A program made the position numbers and the translations under genes. Positions 1 to 18,068 of a stretch of 64,000 bases of DNA are shown one piece after another; within the stretch, counting starts at the first letter, position 1; each line of letters opens with the position of its first letter. The notes beneath the pieces are model-generated. The model had not been told where the DNA came from. It searched no databases and was given only the letters and a program-made list of their open reading frames with translations. The stretch is from Sminthopsis crassicaudata (Eukaryota): positions 228,615,238 through 228,679,237 of the forward strand of contig NC_133621.1 in NCBI RefSeq assembly GCF_048593235.1, written 5' to 3'.

Positions 1-600
1 CATAAAAGTTGAATATTGTAGGAGAGGGAGTGGGGAAGTATGAGTAATGAGGAAAGGGAAAGGTTGATTATTTGAAGGAACAATCAGATTGTTTGTTGAA
101 GTCCTCTAGAATAAAGGAATGAATATATTGGGGTGGGGGAGCAAAATCATGAGCCAAGCACTGAAATCATTGAAAAAGAAAGAACCACATCTGAGGGAAA
201 AGGAGTGGGAGGAAGTGTGGTAAGTAATAACTACCAGAATCTTAATTGGATGGTAAATTTAGATTGAAAGATTTTTAAAGGAAGAGAAGTTGGTGAATGA
301 AGAGGGTAAAGGGAGAGTCTGGAAATGTCAAAGTACTCTGACAACACTATCATAACTAGTGAGTCAGGGGTATGAGTGAAAGTGCTGAAAAAAAGTAGCT
401 AGAACAGCAGTATCGGGAGAGAGAATCAGATTTCAGTGAGTGCCAAAATATGGAAGGAATGAGAAAGGAAAAAGGTTAAATGGAGGCACTTATTCTAAGG
501 AAGCATAGTGGAGGGGGCAGGCAGATTTAAAGTGTGACAGTTTGGGGTGCCATAGGTTTAAGGGAATTTAGAATGAAAGAGCAGATAACTCTGACTACAT
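1..600 (-). mobile_element. Degraded L2 LINE, endonuclease region
   Basis: Minus strand reads ILEDFNKQSD (APE motif ILGDFN) after an FxxW-type segment; boundaries approximate. Confidence 0.6.
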
Positions 601-768
601 TCATTCCTCAGTAGTTAGCATATATATGCTCATTCCTTCCTACTCTTTCCGCCCGTATGATATCGAATTTCTAGCTGCCTAAAAAAATAAATTTCATTCA
701 TATAAACTTTATTCCTAAATAAACCTTATTCCCCAACTCTCGTCTAGTCAGAGTAACAGAGGGATCTG

Positions 769-2422
769 TTGATGTAGGCAGGTGATTAGAAAGTTCAGGG
801 CCAATATTTACATTGGAATAGACTGTTATGTTCTTGTGAATTAGAACTGATAATTAACAGTTAAATGCAGAATGGTGGAAATAGCAATAATGAAAGGGGG
901 TGGCAGTATAGTTAGCACACTCAGAATACAGTAGCTGTTGGCATGGATAACAAACTCCTCTCCATCAAAATAGGCACATTCTCATTATTTTAAGCCATTA
1001 GTGAGATTTTCAGGGATGCAGCTTCAGGAAAGATGATTATTTTCCTGATGTCACTAAGGAGTAGGTTTCAGGATAGGGAAGAAATTTATGCTTCCTGCCT
1101 TTCCCCCTCCACTAAAAAATATCACTAATTATCACTAATATCACTAGTTAGATTCCCCGGATTTAATCTTCATGTAAGAAAGATTTTAGGTGTACCAAAC
1201 TATCCATCCATCCATCCATTCATTCAAAAAATCTTAATGAATCCTTATTTTATGCAGGCAAGTTTGTCAACATTTGACTTTTAGAGCCAGTGTTTTATTA
1301 CAAAAGTTTGTTACCAGTGAGCATTAGCAGTGGGAATAAAGTCATATACAGACCATCATCTAAGCAATGTGACAAATTGAATTGGGAGTAATAATAAGGG
1401 GTAAAAGGTAGAGGATAGGCTCTCTTATGAAAACTACCTCCTGCCTCCTCAGTAAGAGTCTGGACTTATTCAAGGGCACAACTCAGCCAGAGCTCACTGG
1501 GGATAAATGAGGGGATAAATTGATGGAGGCAGGTTGATGGAGAAGGTTGAGGGTCAATGTTTATATTGGCATAGACTCTATGTTCTTGTGAAGTAGGACT
1601 AATCTAGCAGTGTTGTGGCCCTAGTCTTGTGGTCCAGTTTGAAAAACTGGAGAATGAATCAATCACTCAACATTTATTAAGGACCTACTATATGCCAAAC
1701 TCTTTCTCTAACTTGTCCCTTCCCAACACTAAGCAACTCAAGGGTTGGGGGGAGGGAGGAATAGGTAGTATAGCTAATACTTAACAGTAATTAAAAATGC
1801 AGAATGGTGGAAATAGCGATGATGAAAGGGGGTGGCAGTATAGGTAGCACACCCAGAATACTGTAGCTGTTGGGGTGGACTAACAAACTCATCTCCAGCA
1901 AGATGGGCACATTTCCATGATTTTAAGCCACTTAGTGAGATTTTCAGGGGTGGGGTTTCAGGAAAGATGATGATTTCCCTGATGTCACTAAGGAGTAGGG
2001 ATCAAGGCAGGAAAGAAGTTTATGCTTCCTGTCTTTTCTCCTCCACCTAAAATATCACTAATTACATTCCCTGGTTTTAATCTTCAGGTAAGAAAGATTT
2101 TAGGTGTACCATGCCATCCATCCATCCATTCATTAAAAAAAAATCTTAATGAATCTTTATTTTATGCAGGTTAGTCTGCTAACATTTGACTTTTAGGGCC
2201 AGGGTTTTGTTACAAAAGTTTGTTACCAGTGAGCATTAGCAGTGCGAATAAAATCATATACAGACTATCATCTAAGCAATGTGACAAATTGGATTGGAAG
2301 TAATGACAAGGGGTAGAAAGTAGAGGATAATCTCTCTTATGAAAACTACCTCTTCCCTCCTCAATAGGAGTCTGGATTGACTTAAGGGCACAATTCTGCC
2401 AGGAGAACTGGGGATAAATGAG
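769..2422. repeat. Tandem duplication: copy 1 about 769-1511, copy 2 about 1520-2422
   Basis: Collinear, about 85-90% identical by eye; about 170 nt extra in copy 2 at 1604-1776. Confidence 0.9.
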
Positions 2423-2454
2423 TGTTTCTAGATTGGAACAAACTTTCATCTAAA

Positions 2455-2735
2455 ATCCCATATTCTACAGGAAGTCTTTTCTTAATTCTAGCTCCTTCCC
2501 TATTTTAATTATTTTCTATTTATCCTGTACATAGCTTACTTTGTAGCTATTTGTTTGCACATTGGCTCCCACATTAGATTATGAACTATTAGAGGGTAGG
2601 GACTGTTTTTTGCCTCATTTTGTATCCCCAGGGCTAGCTCTGGGAGAATTCTATTTATCTTTCTATCTTCCAGCACTTACCCTAATAATTTTACATGTAA
2701 CAGGCACGTTAGTGCTTGTTAGATTAAATTTATTA
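2455..2735 (+). mobile_element. L2 3' end fragment
   Basis: ...gaactattagagggtagggactgttttttgcc..tgtatccccagggct..cagcactt.. typical L2 tail. Confidence 0.6.
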
Positions 2736-5700
2736 GCTAGAGGAATGATGAATTAAAAAAAAAACTTCATTTAACATGGACCTGGTTATGTAAATAAAAC
2801 CTTGGAAAAACCAGGACAAGAAATATTACAGAGGCTATAAGCAGACAAGGACATTTTCCCTTCTTGGAAAAAATTTTGAATTCATCTAAATGTTGTATTA
2901 GTGCTGCTTTAAATATTTTTGTAAATACAGGTAGTTTCCCTTCAATTTTGACCTTTGAAGGTATATGCCTAGTAATGATGTCTTTGGTATAACACCAAAT
3001 TTCTTTATAGAGTGGTTGGACTAAGCAAGAGGATCTCTGCTACCAATTCACTAGTCTGGGAATGTGTTAACCAGAAACTGTTGCATACACAATGTGCCAT
3101 ACTGGTTAAAGTGGCATGAAAATGTATTATTCAAAAGTCGCAAAACTAAAATAAACATTCTTTTTCATTTTTTAATATTTTACTTTTTCCAATTACATAT
3201 AAAAACAATTTTTGACATTGATTTTTTTAAAAAAATTTGAGTTTCAAATTCTCTCCCCTCTGCTCCCCTAAGAATTATACTATCAAGTCTGTTTGTAGGT
3301 ATACAACATTTATGCTTTTAAAGCTATTAAAGCTTAAAACTGCACTAAAACTTTTGGTATACCTTCTATGTATAAAAATACTCAAAAAAGCACTTTTCAG
3401 AATGTCTAAGAACTCAAAACAAAATGAGTGTCCATCAGTAAATGGATAAGTAGATAAATCATGCTATTCATATGTAATAGAATGTTATTATACTTTAATA
3501 AATGACAAATACAAAGAATTGAGAGAAAATTGAGAGGACACATCAGATGTTAATAAATAAATAATAAATAATAAATTAATAAATTGTTGGGGATTTATTA
3601 AGACAGGGACATGCTAAGTGTTGAGGATACAAAGAAAGGTAAAAAGCAGTCTTTGCTCTCAATAAGCTCAGTGTAATGGGAAGTTAATTTGAAAAGAACT
3701 ATGTGCAATAAACTACATATAGAATAATTTGGGGATAATTAACTGAGGAAATTAAGGCACTAGAAATAAGGAGGATCTGGAAAGATTTTCTGAACTGTTG
3801 CAAAATTAAATAAGCAGAACATGTACAACAGAATACATGATGAGCACAATGATGTACTAGAAAATGACACTGAAAATTTTCTGAGTCATATGTAATGCAG
3901 TGGTCACTTGTGATTTTAAATCATGACATATGTCTTCCCCTCTCAGCAGATGGGTAGTGAATTAGAAATGAGCAGTGAAACAAACATTTTTGAGTAGTTT
4001 TGATTGACTGTATTTATTTATTATAAGAGGATGCTATATTTTAGGGAGGAAAGGATAGTCAATGGAAAGTGACAATGATGCTAAAAATAACTATAAAAAT
4101 TTATATATTATCAATATGATATTTTTAATGAAAGAAAATGAAAAGCAGGGTGTTGATGTAAAAACTCAATCATCAGAGACATAGGACCTTTGACAAGCAA
4201 GTTAGGGCCATTCAGATGCCAGTACCCTAGGAAAAAAATTATATTGGTTGCTCTTCTTCCCCTTTGCCCATCCTCATTCCACCATCACCCAGAGAAAAAT
4301 CTCTTCCTAAGTTTCTTCCACAATGTTGACCACTATCCCATGGCTATCTGACATTGTATCATCCTTCTTATGAAGTTTTTCTACTTTCGTTCTGAGGCTG
4401 AAGTCAAATCTAAAGCATTGATCCCCAAACAATGTTGTAGAGTTTTTGTGGTGGAGTGGTAAGTACTAGATTGATTCACACAGATAGTGAATTTAGGGTA
4501 GAGGATCTGAATTCAAATTCAATCTCTGCCGCTTACTACCTCTATGACCTTAGCCACCTCATTAAAATTCTTTACATTTCTGTTTCTTCTTCTGCAAAAG
4601 GAGCGTGTTGGGCTAGATTGTCTCTGGATTCCCTTTCCGCTGATCTTAGTCAGGGACACTCTGCCCTGAGAAGGAACATTTCTTTCCCAGAACTGGGTGG
4701 AAGTGCATTCTTGGAATCCCGTTGGGCAACTAGGGTGGAGGGAGGAATGCTGCTTCCGACAGACGCTGAGTTGGCATCTTCTTTAGTGACAGAGAATGTT
4801 CCACCCATGGTGGTGGGGGGAAGATGGTGACCCCTCAAAAGATCTGGAAAGATCCAACTGCTTGGTCCAAAGCTGAGGGTGGCAGCAGAAAAATTCACCT
4901 TGCTGAGAGAAAGAAGATCTCTTAAATTTCCTTATCTCTTACTTTCCTTTCTCTTTCCCTTCTGTCATTTGCCTCTGAACTATAGGCATCTCCTAAACGT
5001 TTCTCAAAAACTTGCACTGAAGGCTAATACTATTGGGAAAGAGATAATAACGTGTAATTCCTTTCCTCAGCAAATGAATTGTCAAATCTCAAATTACAAT
5101 AGTCCCCCTCCCTCCTACCCAACACACTTCCCTGAGCGTCTCTGCTAGAATCTGAGTTTGCAAGCAAAAACTGAAATATCTGGTTGATATATCACTTTAC
5201 TTGTAAGAACAAATACCTATGATTAATGGCTGAATACCTTTCTGCCCTTACATACTTTTCATTAGATTCCTTCAAATGCTATTCTGAAGATATGCTATCC
5301 ACTAGTGGTTTCTTTAATTATATTGTTGCTTCATTAATTCATTTTGTGTTCTGCTCATCATGTTAGTTGTAATCCAAGAAAGCAGAAAATGGAGAGGAAA
5401 ATGTAGTATGAGAGTTTAGCAGAGAAGCTAAGCTTAAGAAGCGGGAGGAACAAGTCAGGAACTATAGTAGGCACTGGAGATCCTCAGACAAAATGAATGA
5501 AAAATACTTTACCTTTTCCTTAAAGAGCCCACATTCAACTTGAGAAAATTCGTTAATGATCAAAAAATTTTCCTCCCTGAATTACCTTGTATTTATCTAG
5601 AAGTACATATAACATATCATCCCTGGGAAATATTAAGGCAGAATGTACTGCACATGATAATGCTTAATAAATGGTGGTTGAATTGAATTGAACCTCCTCC

Positions 5701-5756
5701 TACTGCTAGCTCAGTAGGCAGAGTTCTGATTCAAACTATGGCTGTCTTTTCTCTCA

Positions 5757-5766
5757 GGAAAGTTCC
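5757..5766 (-). promoter_or_regulatory. NF-kB-like site upstream of KRT6
   Basis: GGAACTTTCC on the minus strand, one mismatch from the Ig-kappa site GGGACTTTCC. Confidence 0.4.
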
Positions 5767-5938
5767 TTAAAAGACCTGCTGACAGTGGATGGATGGCACC
5801 ACCAGGCTCCATTGCTGCCAGCCATCATCAGACTGTTTCTTCTCTCCCTCTCCCCCTCTCTACCAAAATAAAACTGCCAGTATGTTAGGAAGAAGTTATA
5901 GAACAAATGAGATTGTGGCTTTCTTTGCCTCCTTAGAA

Positions 5939-5944
<6 letters not shown>

Positions 5945-5985
<41 letters not shown>
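5945..5985. repeat. (AC)n microsatellite upstream of KRT6
   Basis: About 20 units. Confidence 0.95.
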
Positions 5986-5986
<1 letters not shown>

Positions 5987-6167
5987 TAACCATTGAGTAG
6001 GTTAACTGCCCTATGGCAAAATTCCACCCTATCTGGGTGGAGGGTGGTGCCAGTAGAGGGAGAGACTTGGGGGGATCCATCTGAGTAAGCAGAGGAGAGA
6101 ACAATTACCACAGCTCAGCTCCTTGTCTCTTTTGTTTGGAAACATGACTAGTAGATGACTTCAGTGA

Positions 6168-6175
6168 ATTTGCAT
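6168..6175. promoter_or_regulatory. Octamer (POU) motif in the KRT6 promoter
   Basis: Perfect ATTTGCAT. Confidence 0.35.
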
Positions 6176-6230
6176 ACTGCCTTTATTGTCTAGAGATCAA
6201 ATTAAGGCTGGAAGGCAGGAGAATTTCTCT

Positions 6231-6345
6231 ATGACTAACGGAAGCCAAAAAAGCAATCTTGGTCTTTCATACCTTTTCCAGCAAGGTGGGAGTGATCTCA
6301 CTATTTGTAAAGCCCAGCCCTTCCCCACCTGCAAGCTCATCTTCA
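6231..6345 (+). promoter_or_regulatory. KRT6 proximal promoter module (AP-1 variant TGACTAA, Ets-like GGAAG, C/EBP-like AAGCAAT)
   Basis: Motifs seen directly; closely resembles my recollection of the human K6 promoter (GACTAAAGGAAGCGAAAAATGCAATCTCGG...CTCACTATTTGTAAAGCCCAGCCCTTCCC). Confidence 0.6.
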
Positions 6346-6374
6346 TACACTGGACCCAACCCTATTTTTCTCTG

Positions 6375-6382
6375 TATATAAA
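6375..6382 (+). promoter_or_regulatory. TATA box of KRT6-like
   Basis: TATATAAA about 110 nt upstream of the ATG. Confidence 0.8.
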
Positions 6383-6488
6383 GCCATTGCTGGCATCTCA
6401 GTTTCACACAATCCTTCTCTTCTCCTCTGGTCTTCTTTGACTTTTACTTCTCTTCAACTTCTTCATTTTTGAGCAAAACCAAGCTATC

Positions 6489-10954
<4,466 letters not shown>

Positions 10955-11548
10955 CACGTGTCTACCAGATTATTGGCTCCGGAATGTCTCAAGCCCCTGC
11001 TTCTTGTTCCTAACCCTCAGCATCAATGCTTCTATCCTTTTGGCTGCTGCAGATGTTGGGGTTGGTTTCCAGACCCCTCCCCTCAACCTTTGATCTTTTC
11101 TTGCACCCAGGATTGGGGCCAAAAGTTTAAATGTCATATACAATTTACCAGCTGGATCACGTCTCATTGAGTATGAACTTCCAATCATAAGATTGTTGAG
11201 AATATCAGTGAGCATGGTCACACAAGTTCTATCTGACCCTCCTATCCAGCTATCAGAGTATCTACTTATTGTCTTTAAGTTCCTAAGTCTGGGACCTTGG
11301 AAAAATCCTCAAGTGTCCTTCCTAAGCACAGACACTGACTTTTGGATTTGAAAGAAGCTTGTACTTGGCCACCTTCAGCAAGCCATTTGGAGCTACATGT
11401 CTACTGAATCTCCTGGTGCTAAAAAGCAGTGGTGCTGATGTTTTCTTGCAGTGTACCTGAAAATGGAAATGATATAAGTAAAAAGACTACAGGAACTGTA
11501 TCCTTATGACATATTTCTTTGGTCCCTTCCATCTCTTCTACTTGTCCA

Positions 11549-11554
11549 AATAAA
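11549..11554 (+). terminator. Poly(A) signal of KRT6-like
   Basis: AATAAA about 600 nt after the stop, followed by a GU-rich tract (ttggtattgtttggagttgtttt). Confidence 0.75.
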
Positions 11555-14500
11555 GCAGATTTATAATATATATTGGTATTGTTTGGAGTTGTTTTTATAC
11601 TAGATTGTTGGTTGCCAATTTTTTTAGTCCTCTAATCTCCCTCTCACTCAAATGAGATTCTAATCCAGGAAATCTAGATTCATTGAGAGATTTCAGAGGT
11701 CCATGAATTTAAATTTTTTTATGATTGTGTTTCAATATAATTGGTTTCTTCTGCAATCCTATGCATTTAAAAGCTATTTATTTAAAAACATCATTGTGAG
11801 GAGGATTTAACATTGTGAGGAGCATTTACTCAAACAGCCATACAAAAAGTTATGAATCCCTGGTCAAATCTAAATTTCCACCAAAGTTGTTACCAGCATA
11901 GAATTAGTGGGGTTTTGCCATGGAATACTGATATATAGGGGATGGATTTCTTTTACATTTAGGGAGTAGGGTTTCCTCCACAAGAAAAGACATCCAAAGA
12001 ATGACTTCTCTCCCAAACAATTTGCCTAATATGTTGGATATGTTCCAACATATGGAGCAACTGCTATACCTAGTCACCCCATTTCAGATTGCTGTGAACA
12101 TGATGCCTGGTTTGTGAATCACACTCATTGAAGCTGGAGGGGATGATGATTCCATTGATCTCTCAACCAGGATATTTCCACTTTGCTTTTCCCTACCACT
12201 TGGGCTTCTTGTAGCTAGGATTTATTTTCTCCCCCCCCAGAGTTGTGATTTTATTGAGAACTCTCAATGTGTAGAGAACTCCTAGTGAAGAAAACGTCTC
12301 TACCAGTATTGATGGACACTTATTCTACCAGTTATAATCCTAAAGATTTGCCTGGAGCACTGAGTAGTTGAATGAAGTCTCTCATTTCTCTTTACAAGTA
12401 TCCATCCTTTTACTTTTCTAAAGTTCTTTTCTACATGAAATAGAGGTTACCATAAGATGTCAGGTTTGGAAGGCACCTTAAAGCTATCAATTTCAAATTC
12501 AATATGAATATCAATTCCAATGCCAATTCCAATTCACACGATCGGAATCTTCTCTATGACATATCTAAATTCTAGCCTTTGATTAGAGACCTTCAAAATG
12601 AAAAAGCCAATAGAATGTTACTATGGAAAGAACATTATTAAGCTTGGAGTCAGAGAACCTGCATTTGAATCTCAGCTCTGCTATATAAAGACCACTCATG
12701 TGACCTTCAGTTTTCTGAATTGTAAAATGAGGGATTATATTCCGTGATCTCTAAAGTGCCATATAAAGTCTAAATTTCTGCTTCCATAAACTTTCATTGC
12801 AGTTCATTCCACCTTGCATAGCTCTAATCAGAATTTTTTTTCTTACTTCAACCCTAAAAATGTCTCTCTGAAACTTATACTGATTGTTTCTGGTTCTCTT
12901 CCCTAGAGATCCTTTTCCCTCATGATAGATTTAAATTTTTTTCAATATTTTTAATATTTAAACTTAAAATCTGAATTTAAATTAAAATATTTAAAGATTG
13001 CCTTCACAGATCTACTACTTCCTAGCTATGTGACCTTGAATAAGTGATATTACCTCTTTAAACCTTAGTTTAAACCTTAAAAAAATAATATTCTATTCTA
13101 AAAAGACTCTGGATTTGAAATTGTAAGTTGTAAGACCTGAATTCTCACCCTAACTTTTCTACTTACTAGTTGTGATCTTGAGCAAATTACATATCTTTTT
13201 TAATCTTCCAATTTCAACTCACTTTTTCTTTCCCCAGGTGAAAGTATTTATAATTCTATCTGTTTTACTCCTGCCTTTAGTAACAAATCACCTTCAGGTC
13301 ATTTTATAGCACTCTGATACTTAGGAATTTGGATATTTCATTCACATAATCAAAATCAGTCTTCAAGGGCTAAAAGATAAAGAAGGAGAGGGTTTGATTA
13401 CCCTGATCTTATATCTTGAAGTTTGTTAACACAGCTAAAAGTTTACAGTTCCTATCTCTGGCCTCTAACATCCTTCAGGAATGAATGTAACAGAAGCTCA
13501 CAATTTCATATACAATTCACTTTCCTGTTTTTCTTTCTTTATTTAAATGTTCACATTTATTGATCTTTAAGTCAATAGAAATTTAAAAAATGAAAAAATT
13601 CTAATGTTGGATTCCCAAGGGATTCTGTTCAATTTTCTACATTTGGAATCTAGGAATGTGTTCCAGTTTAATTCTGTTCCAGGGAGTCATATATGAGAAA
13701 GAGACTTAGATTTAAAAGACATGATAAAATAGGAAAAGTATACCAATTGGACTTAGAAAGAGAAGACCTAAGTTACATTCTATGACCACCAAACATCCCT
13801 TCCAGCGTGAAATCCAATAATCCAACGTCTACCTCCCTCTAGTTTTCATTGTAGTTGCTGGTGTGGAGGAGGAAAATCTGAAGTGTTTTCTTCAACCTCT
13901 CTCTTCCTTAGTTTGCCCTCTTGTGGAGCTTTCAATGCAGAGGAATGTCAAAAGAGACCTAGAAAAGAGGGGGTATATCACCTAACAGAATCATCTGCCT
14001 TGAGTCAGATAGAATTCACTAAAGCATTAACAAGTGATCTCATTACCCACCTTAGGCAAATATAGTCAGTAATTCAGTTCCTTTTCACATTAAACAATTT
14101 ATTAAGTGTTTTGTTCTTTTGTAAGAATTTTGTTCATAAGGCACTGTTTTAGAATTTTACATGAAGGGGTTTTGGCCACTGGGAAAGAAGGATGTCAGTA
14201 CTCTTCTCTAGGTCTGGAATAATCTCTTCTTCTCTTTCTAGGTCAATTCTGTTTCTGGGATATCCTGCTTCATTATCTACTTTTATAGGGAGGCTTTCCT
14301 GACTTCGTTTTTCAGCTCTAGATTGTTTCCATTTCTCAGGGACCTTCACTTAGTTCAGATTTCCAGCTGATTGAGTTTGGCATAGGTACACACTACCTCC
14401 AAAAGGACATAATTTTAAAATCCAGATACTTGTTTTGAAATGTTTGCCAGTTATTCAAGTTATTTTATTTAGATAGTTAATAAATACTTCTCAATGCATC

Positions 14501-17500
14501 TTGAAAGTCATTTGGTCAGGATCATATTATAAGGCTTCCTGCAATGTAGAGCCCTGTCTGAACAATAGGGGGAGACCCAGAAGGTGCTAAGTACTCAAAA
14601 ATATCTGTTAAATTAGGTCTAGTAAAAGTCTCTGCCCTTGGAAGGATACTAGTTTGATGAAGAAGATAAAATACTCAGCTTATGACTCAGAGCAGGTGCA
14701 AAAGCATGGAAACCTCTTAAGTCCAGCTGGAAAAAGAGTTAATGAAAGAATTCAGAATGAATGTAAGAACCAGAGGCAATAAGAGTTGGGTGGAGTAAAG
14801 CAGAAAACACTACCTGAAAGAGATGATGGAAATTTTGAGTCAGTTTTTAATCAAACAGGTCCTCTTCATTCTTTTCTTCTCACCTCTCCTCTGCTTTGTT
14901 CTGCTCTGTTTTAATATCCTCTCCTACTATTATTTGATTGTCCTACCATTCAAGTCAAGTTGCTATTGAGACAGCATTATCAATTATTTTACCTTTCTTA
15001 AGTTTTGTTCTTACTAGGGAATTTATTCACACCCTTCTTAAAGTGAACACCTGATAAATAGGCCTGGATTTTTGGATTGTTTCTTAAATCAATCCATTGA
15101 GTAATTTTTCAATGAGGCAACAAAATGGCCATCCCAGAGTGAAGCATTTGAGTTGTTCCTATCTCAGGAACACAAGATAATATTCTCTCATATGACCTCC
15201 CCTATTCCCCTGTCTCACAGATACTTCAAACTGGGAAGCTTTTATTTTCTAACCTGAGGAAGATAGAGCCACTCCCTGGTAAAAATAAAGAAAAGTTCAG
15301 AAGGTTAGACTTTTATAGACTTGAGGGTGATTATTCATTGATTCTCTCCTACCTTTTGTCATCACTCCCTCCCACATCCAGTCTCCTCTAAATCTACTCA
15401 ATCTAATTCTTTATACCTTTGCTCATGGTGCAACTTTCTCAACCCTTTCGTTATTTTCTTTGTTGCTTTGGACCTCCTCCAAATTTTCTGAGCCTTGCTT
15501 AACAAACTCATGATCAAGGGCAGAATTAAAAAGGACTTATAAACATTTCCTTTAAAAGGGATTTCCCTTTGAACATATCTCAAGACAATTAGGTTGTTTC
15601 CCAAAGGAAAAGCAGGACAAACAGACATGTGACCATAGAGTGTTTTACGTTTGTTTTTTTTTAAGATTGGAGGGAAGAATAATGGTCTGTCTCTCCAAAT
15701 ACTCAGCTTTCAGACCTTATCTTGCTGTGTACCCCATTCTAGGCATAATTTGTTTTAAGCAATACATATAACTAGGGACTACATTTATTGGCTTCTGAGA
15801 TACTTTCTACTTCTTCTAAGAGGCTGTGATTTTTGCCTGCTCTGTAAAAAATATTTATAAATTAACCCATTATTTAAATGTATTAGAAGAATGAGCTAAC
15901 TAGGGAAATTCTTGGGCTTTGTAAAATAAAGAATCAGATTTTAATTCATAATTGAAATTTAAGTCAATTCAACAAATCATTCATTACATATTTTATGCAG
16001 GGTAGTGAGGTAGCTAAGGAGATACAAAGATACAAAAACAAAATAGTATCAGCCCAGAAGCTATTTAAAGGAGTTTAGATGCATTAATTTCTATAAAACA
16101 GGCACAAAGGTTTTTAGACCCTGACCAAGGACTTCTTTTGTGATCCTGGGTCTTACTGACAAAAATACTCTCAATTTCTCCCATATTCTCATCACTATCA
16201 TTGTCTTGGCCATTGTCAAATTGTCAAGAAGCCCAGCATCATTACACAAACTTGATGATTCTATTGTGGTCTATAGTTCTGAATTGGATATGTTCCCAGA
16301 GCAAGGGAGCCAGAGCTTTGGCAAACTATAGTCTTACCTGATATCCAACAGTACTGGAGAAATGGAAAAACTCAACTTTACTTGATATTCAATCCCCAGG
16401 AGACTCAATATTCAGATACATTTAGAAACATTTATATGAGGTCATTCTTTACTTTTCACCTGTCACTTTTTTGGGTCATAAAAAGGAACTGATTTTTTTG
16501 GGGTCTTTTGGCTAACTGAATGAGTCATTAGACCTATTTTATTGATAGGTGTATGCCCTATTAATAAAATGCTATTTTGCTCAGAGAAAATGTTCTTCAG
16601 TCTACCTTTGTTGAATTTTACTCCCAACGATGTCCTTTATGTATGCCCACTGTCATCTAATTAATTTTCTCATCTTTGTTCTCTTTGGTGTTATTTATGG
16701 TTCCTCTATAGCATATAATGTTTGTAATGTTAAAGTCTAACTGCTCTTCTGCTCTTCTTGAGAGAGTAGTCTGGAACTAAAAACAATTTTAGACATTTTC
16801 TTCCTTTTTGTCATTTTCTTTTGAATTTTAAAAATATCTTTGGGATTTTCTTAACTAGATTTCCTACCAAACTTTCTTTAAATTATTCTTCACTACTTCC
16901 CTCTGTTTGTGGGGCAATACTTCTCATCACCTTCCATCTTCAAAAACTGTTGTTCTAATTGATCTTAGTCATCTGTAAGAGACTTTAAAATCTAAAATCA
17001 ACATAGTTACTGGCTTTGTTAAAAATTCTGGACCACTTCTTAATTAGAAACTGGAACATGGGAAAACACCCATTGGTTGACTGGGTTCTGAGGCATGGAG
17101 TAAGAGTGCATATAGATCTCAGTATATCACCTCAGTTTTCTTGGCAAAATGAAAGATAGTATGCTCTAATGAGAGTAAGAGGTATAGAAAGCAGTATAAA
17201 GGATATAAAGGAGGGGTTGTGATAGATGGAGCCCTTCCTGAATTTTGAGACAGTTTGAATAAGACACAAGAAAGCAAGGAGTAGTCATAAGAAGAAGAGG
17301 AATTAGGCCAAAAAAATATCTGGAATGAAAAGTAGATTTGGGAAGAGCCCAATATCTAATAGATAGGTTGGGCTGACCAATAGAAGATTTTAAGAAAAGA
17401 TGAATTCTTCCATGCTCTCAGAAAACGATAGGATATTTTCCCAGTAGTTAGGTGAGATTAATTTCCCTTTGTGAACTTTTCCAGAGGGTCATGGAGGTAG

Positions 17501-17837
17501 GTTGAGCAGTAATGATCCATAACCTTAGTAGATACACTGTTCATTTTCCCACATTTTTGGAAGGGGTCATTTCATCTAGTTTGAAGGCCCATAGTAGAAA
17601 TCTTTATCTGATTTGAAGGTAAAAGTTGGAGCAGGTAAACCAATTTTTGTTATAGTGGATAGAATGCTGGCTGAACCTGGAGTTAGGAAGAGTCAGGTAA
17701 AACTTGCCTTTTACATCTAATAGCTATGTGGCCATGAACAAATCTCTTAACCTTTTTGAACTTCAATTCTCTCATCTGTGAAGTGAAAATAAACCTGTAA
17801 GTACCTGTCTCAGAGATGAGGTGAGGCACAAATGAGA

Positions 17838-18068
17838 TAATGTATGTAAAGAATTTTGTAAACTTTGTAGTTCAGTATAAATGACACTTATTATTAAAAA
17901 TAATAGTCAAGAAGGAGATAAGATACAGGAGTTGTCAAAGTTCATGAAATACTGTCTGAGAAAGTCCCAGAGCTATATTATACATAGGTATGGGGATGAG
18001 AATACCTCCTTCTATAGTGATTTCTTCATATAGTGACACATACCCCAACCCCCAGAGACAGCTAACTC
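17838..18068. repeat. About 230-bp duplicated segment, copy 1
   Basis: About 85% identical to 19358-19577. Confidence 0.88.

Noticed and set aside
4456-5148. ORFs of 82-124 aa upstream of KRT6
   Set aside because: Non-ATG starts, no recognisable domain or splice structure; more likely non-coding
16590-17040. Purine-rich minus-strand stretch resembling a processed pseudogene or LINE ORF
   Set aside because: No sustained frame or recognisable motif; left unannotated
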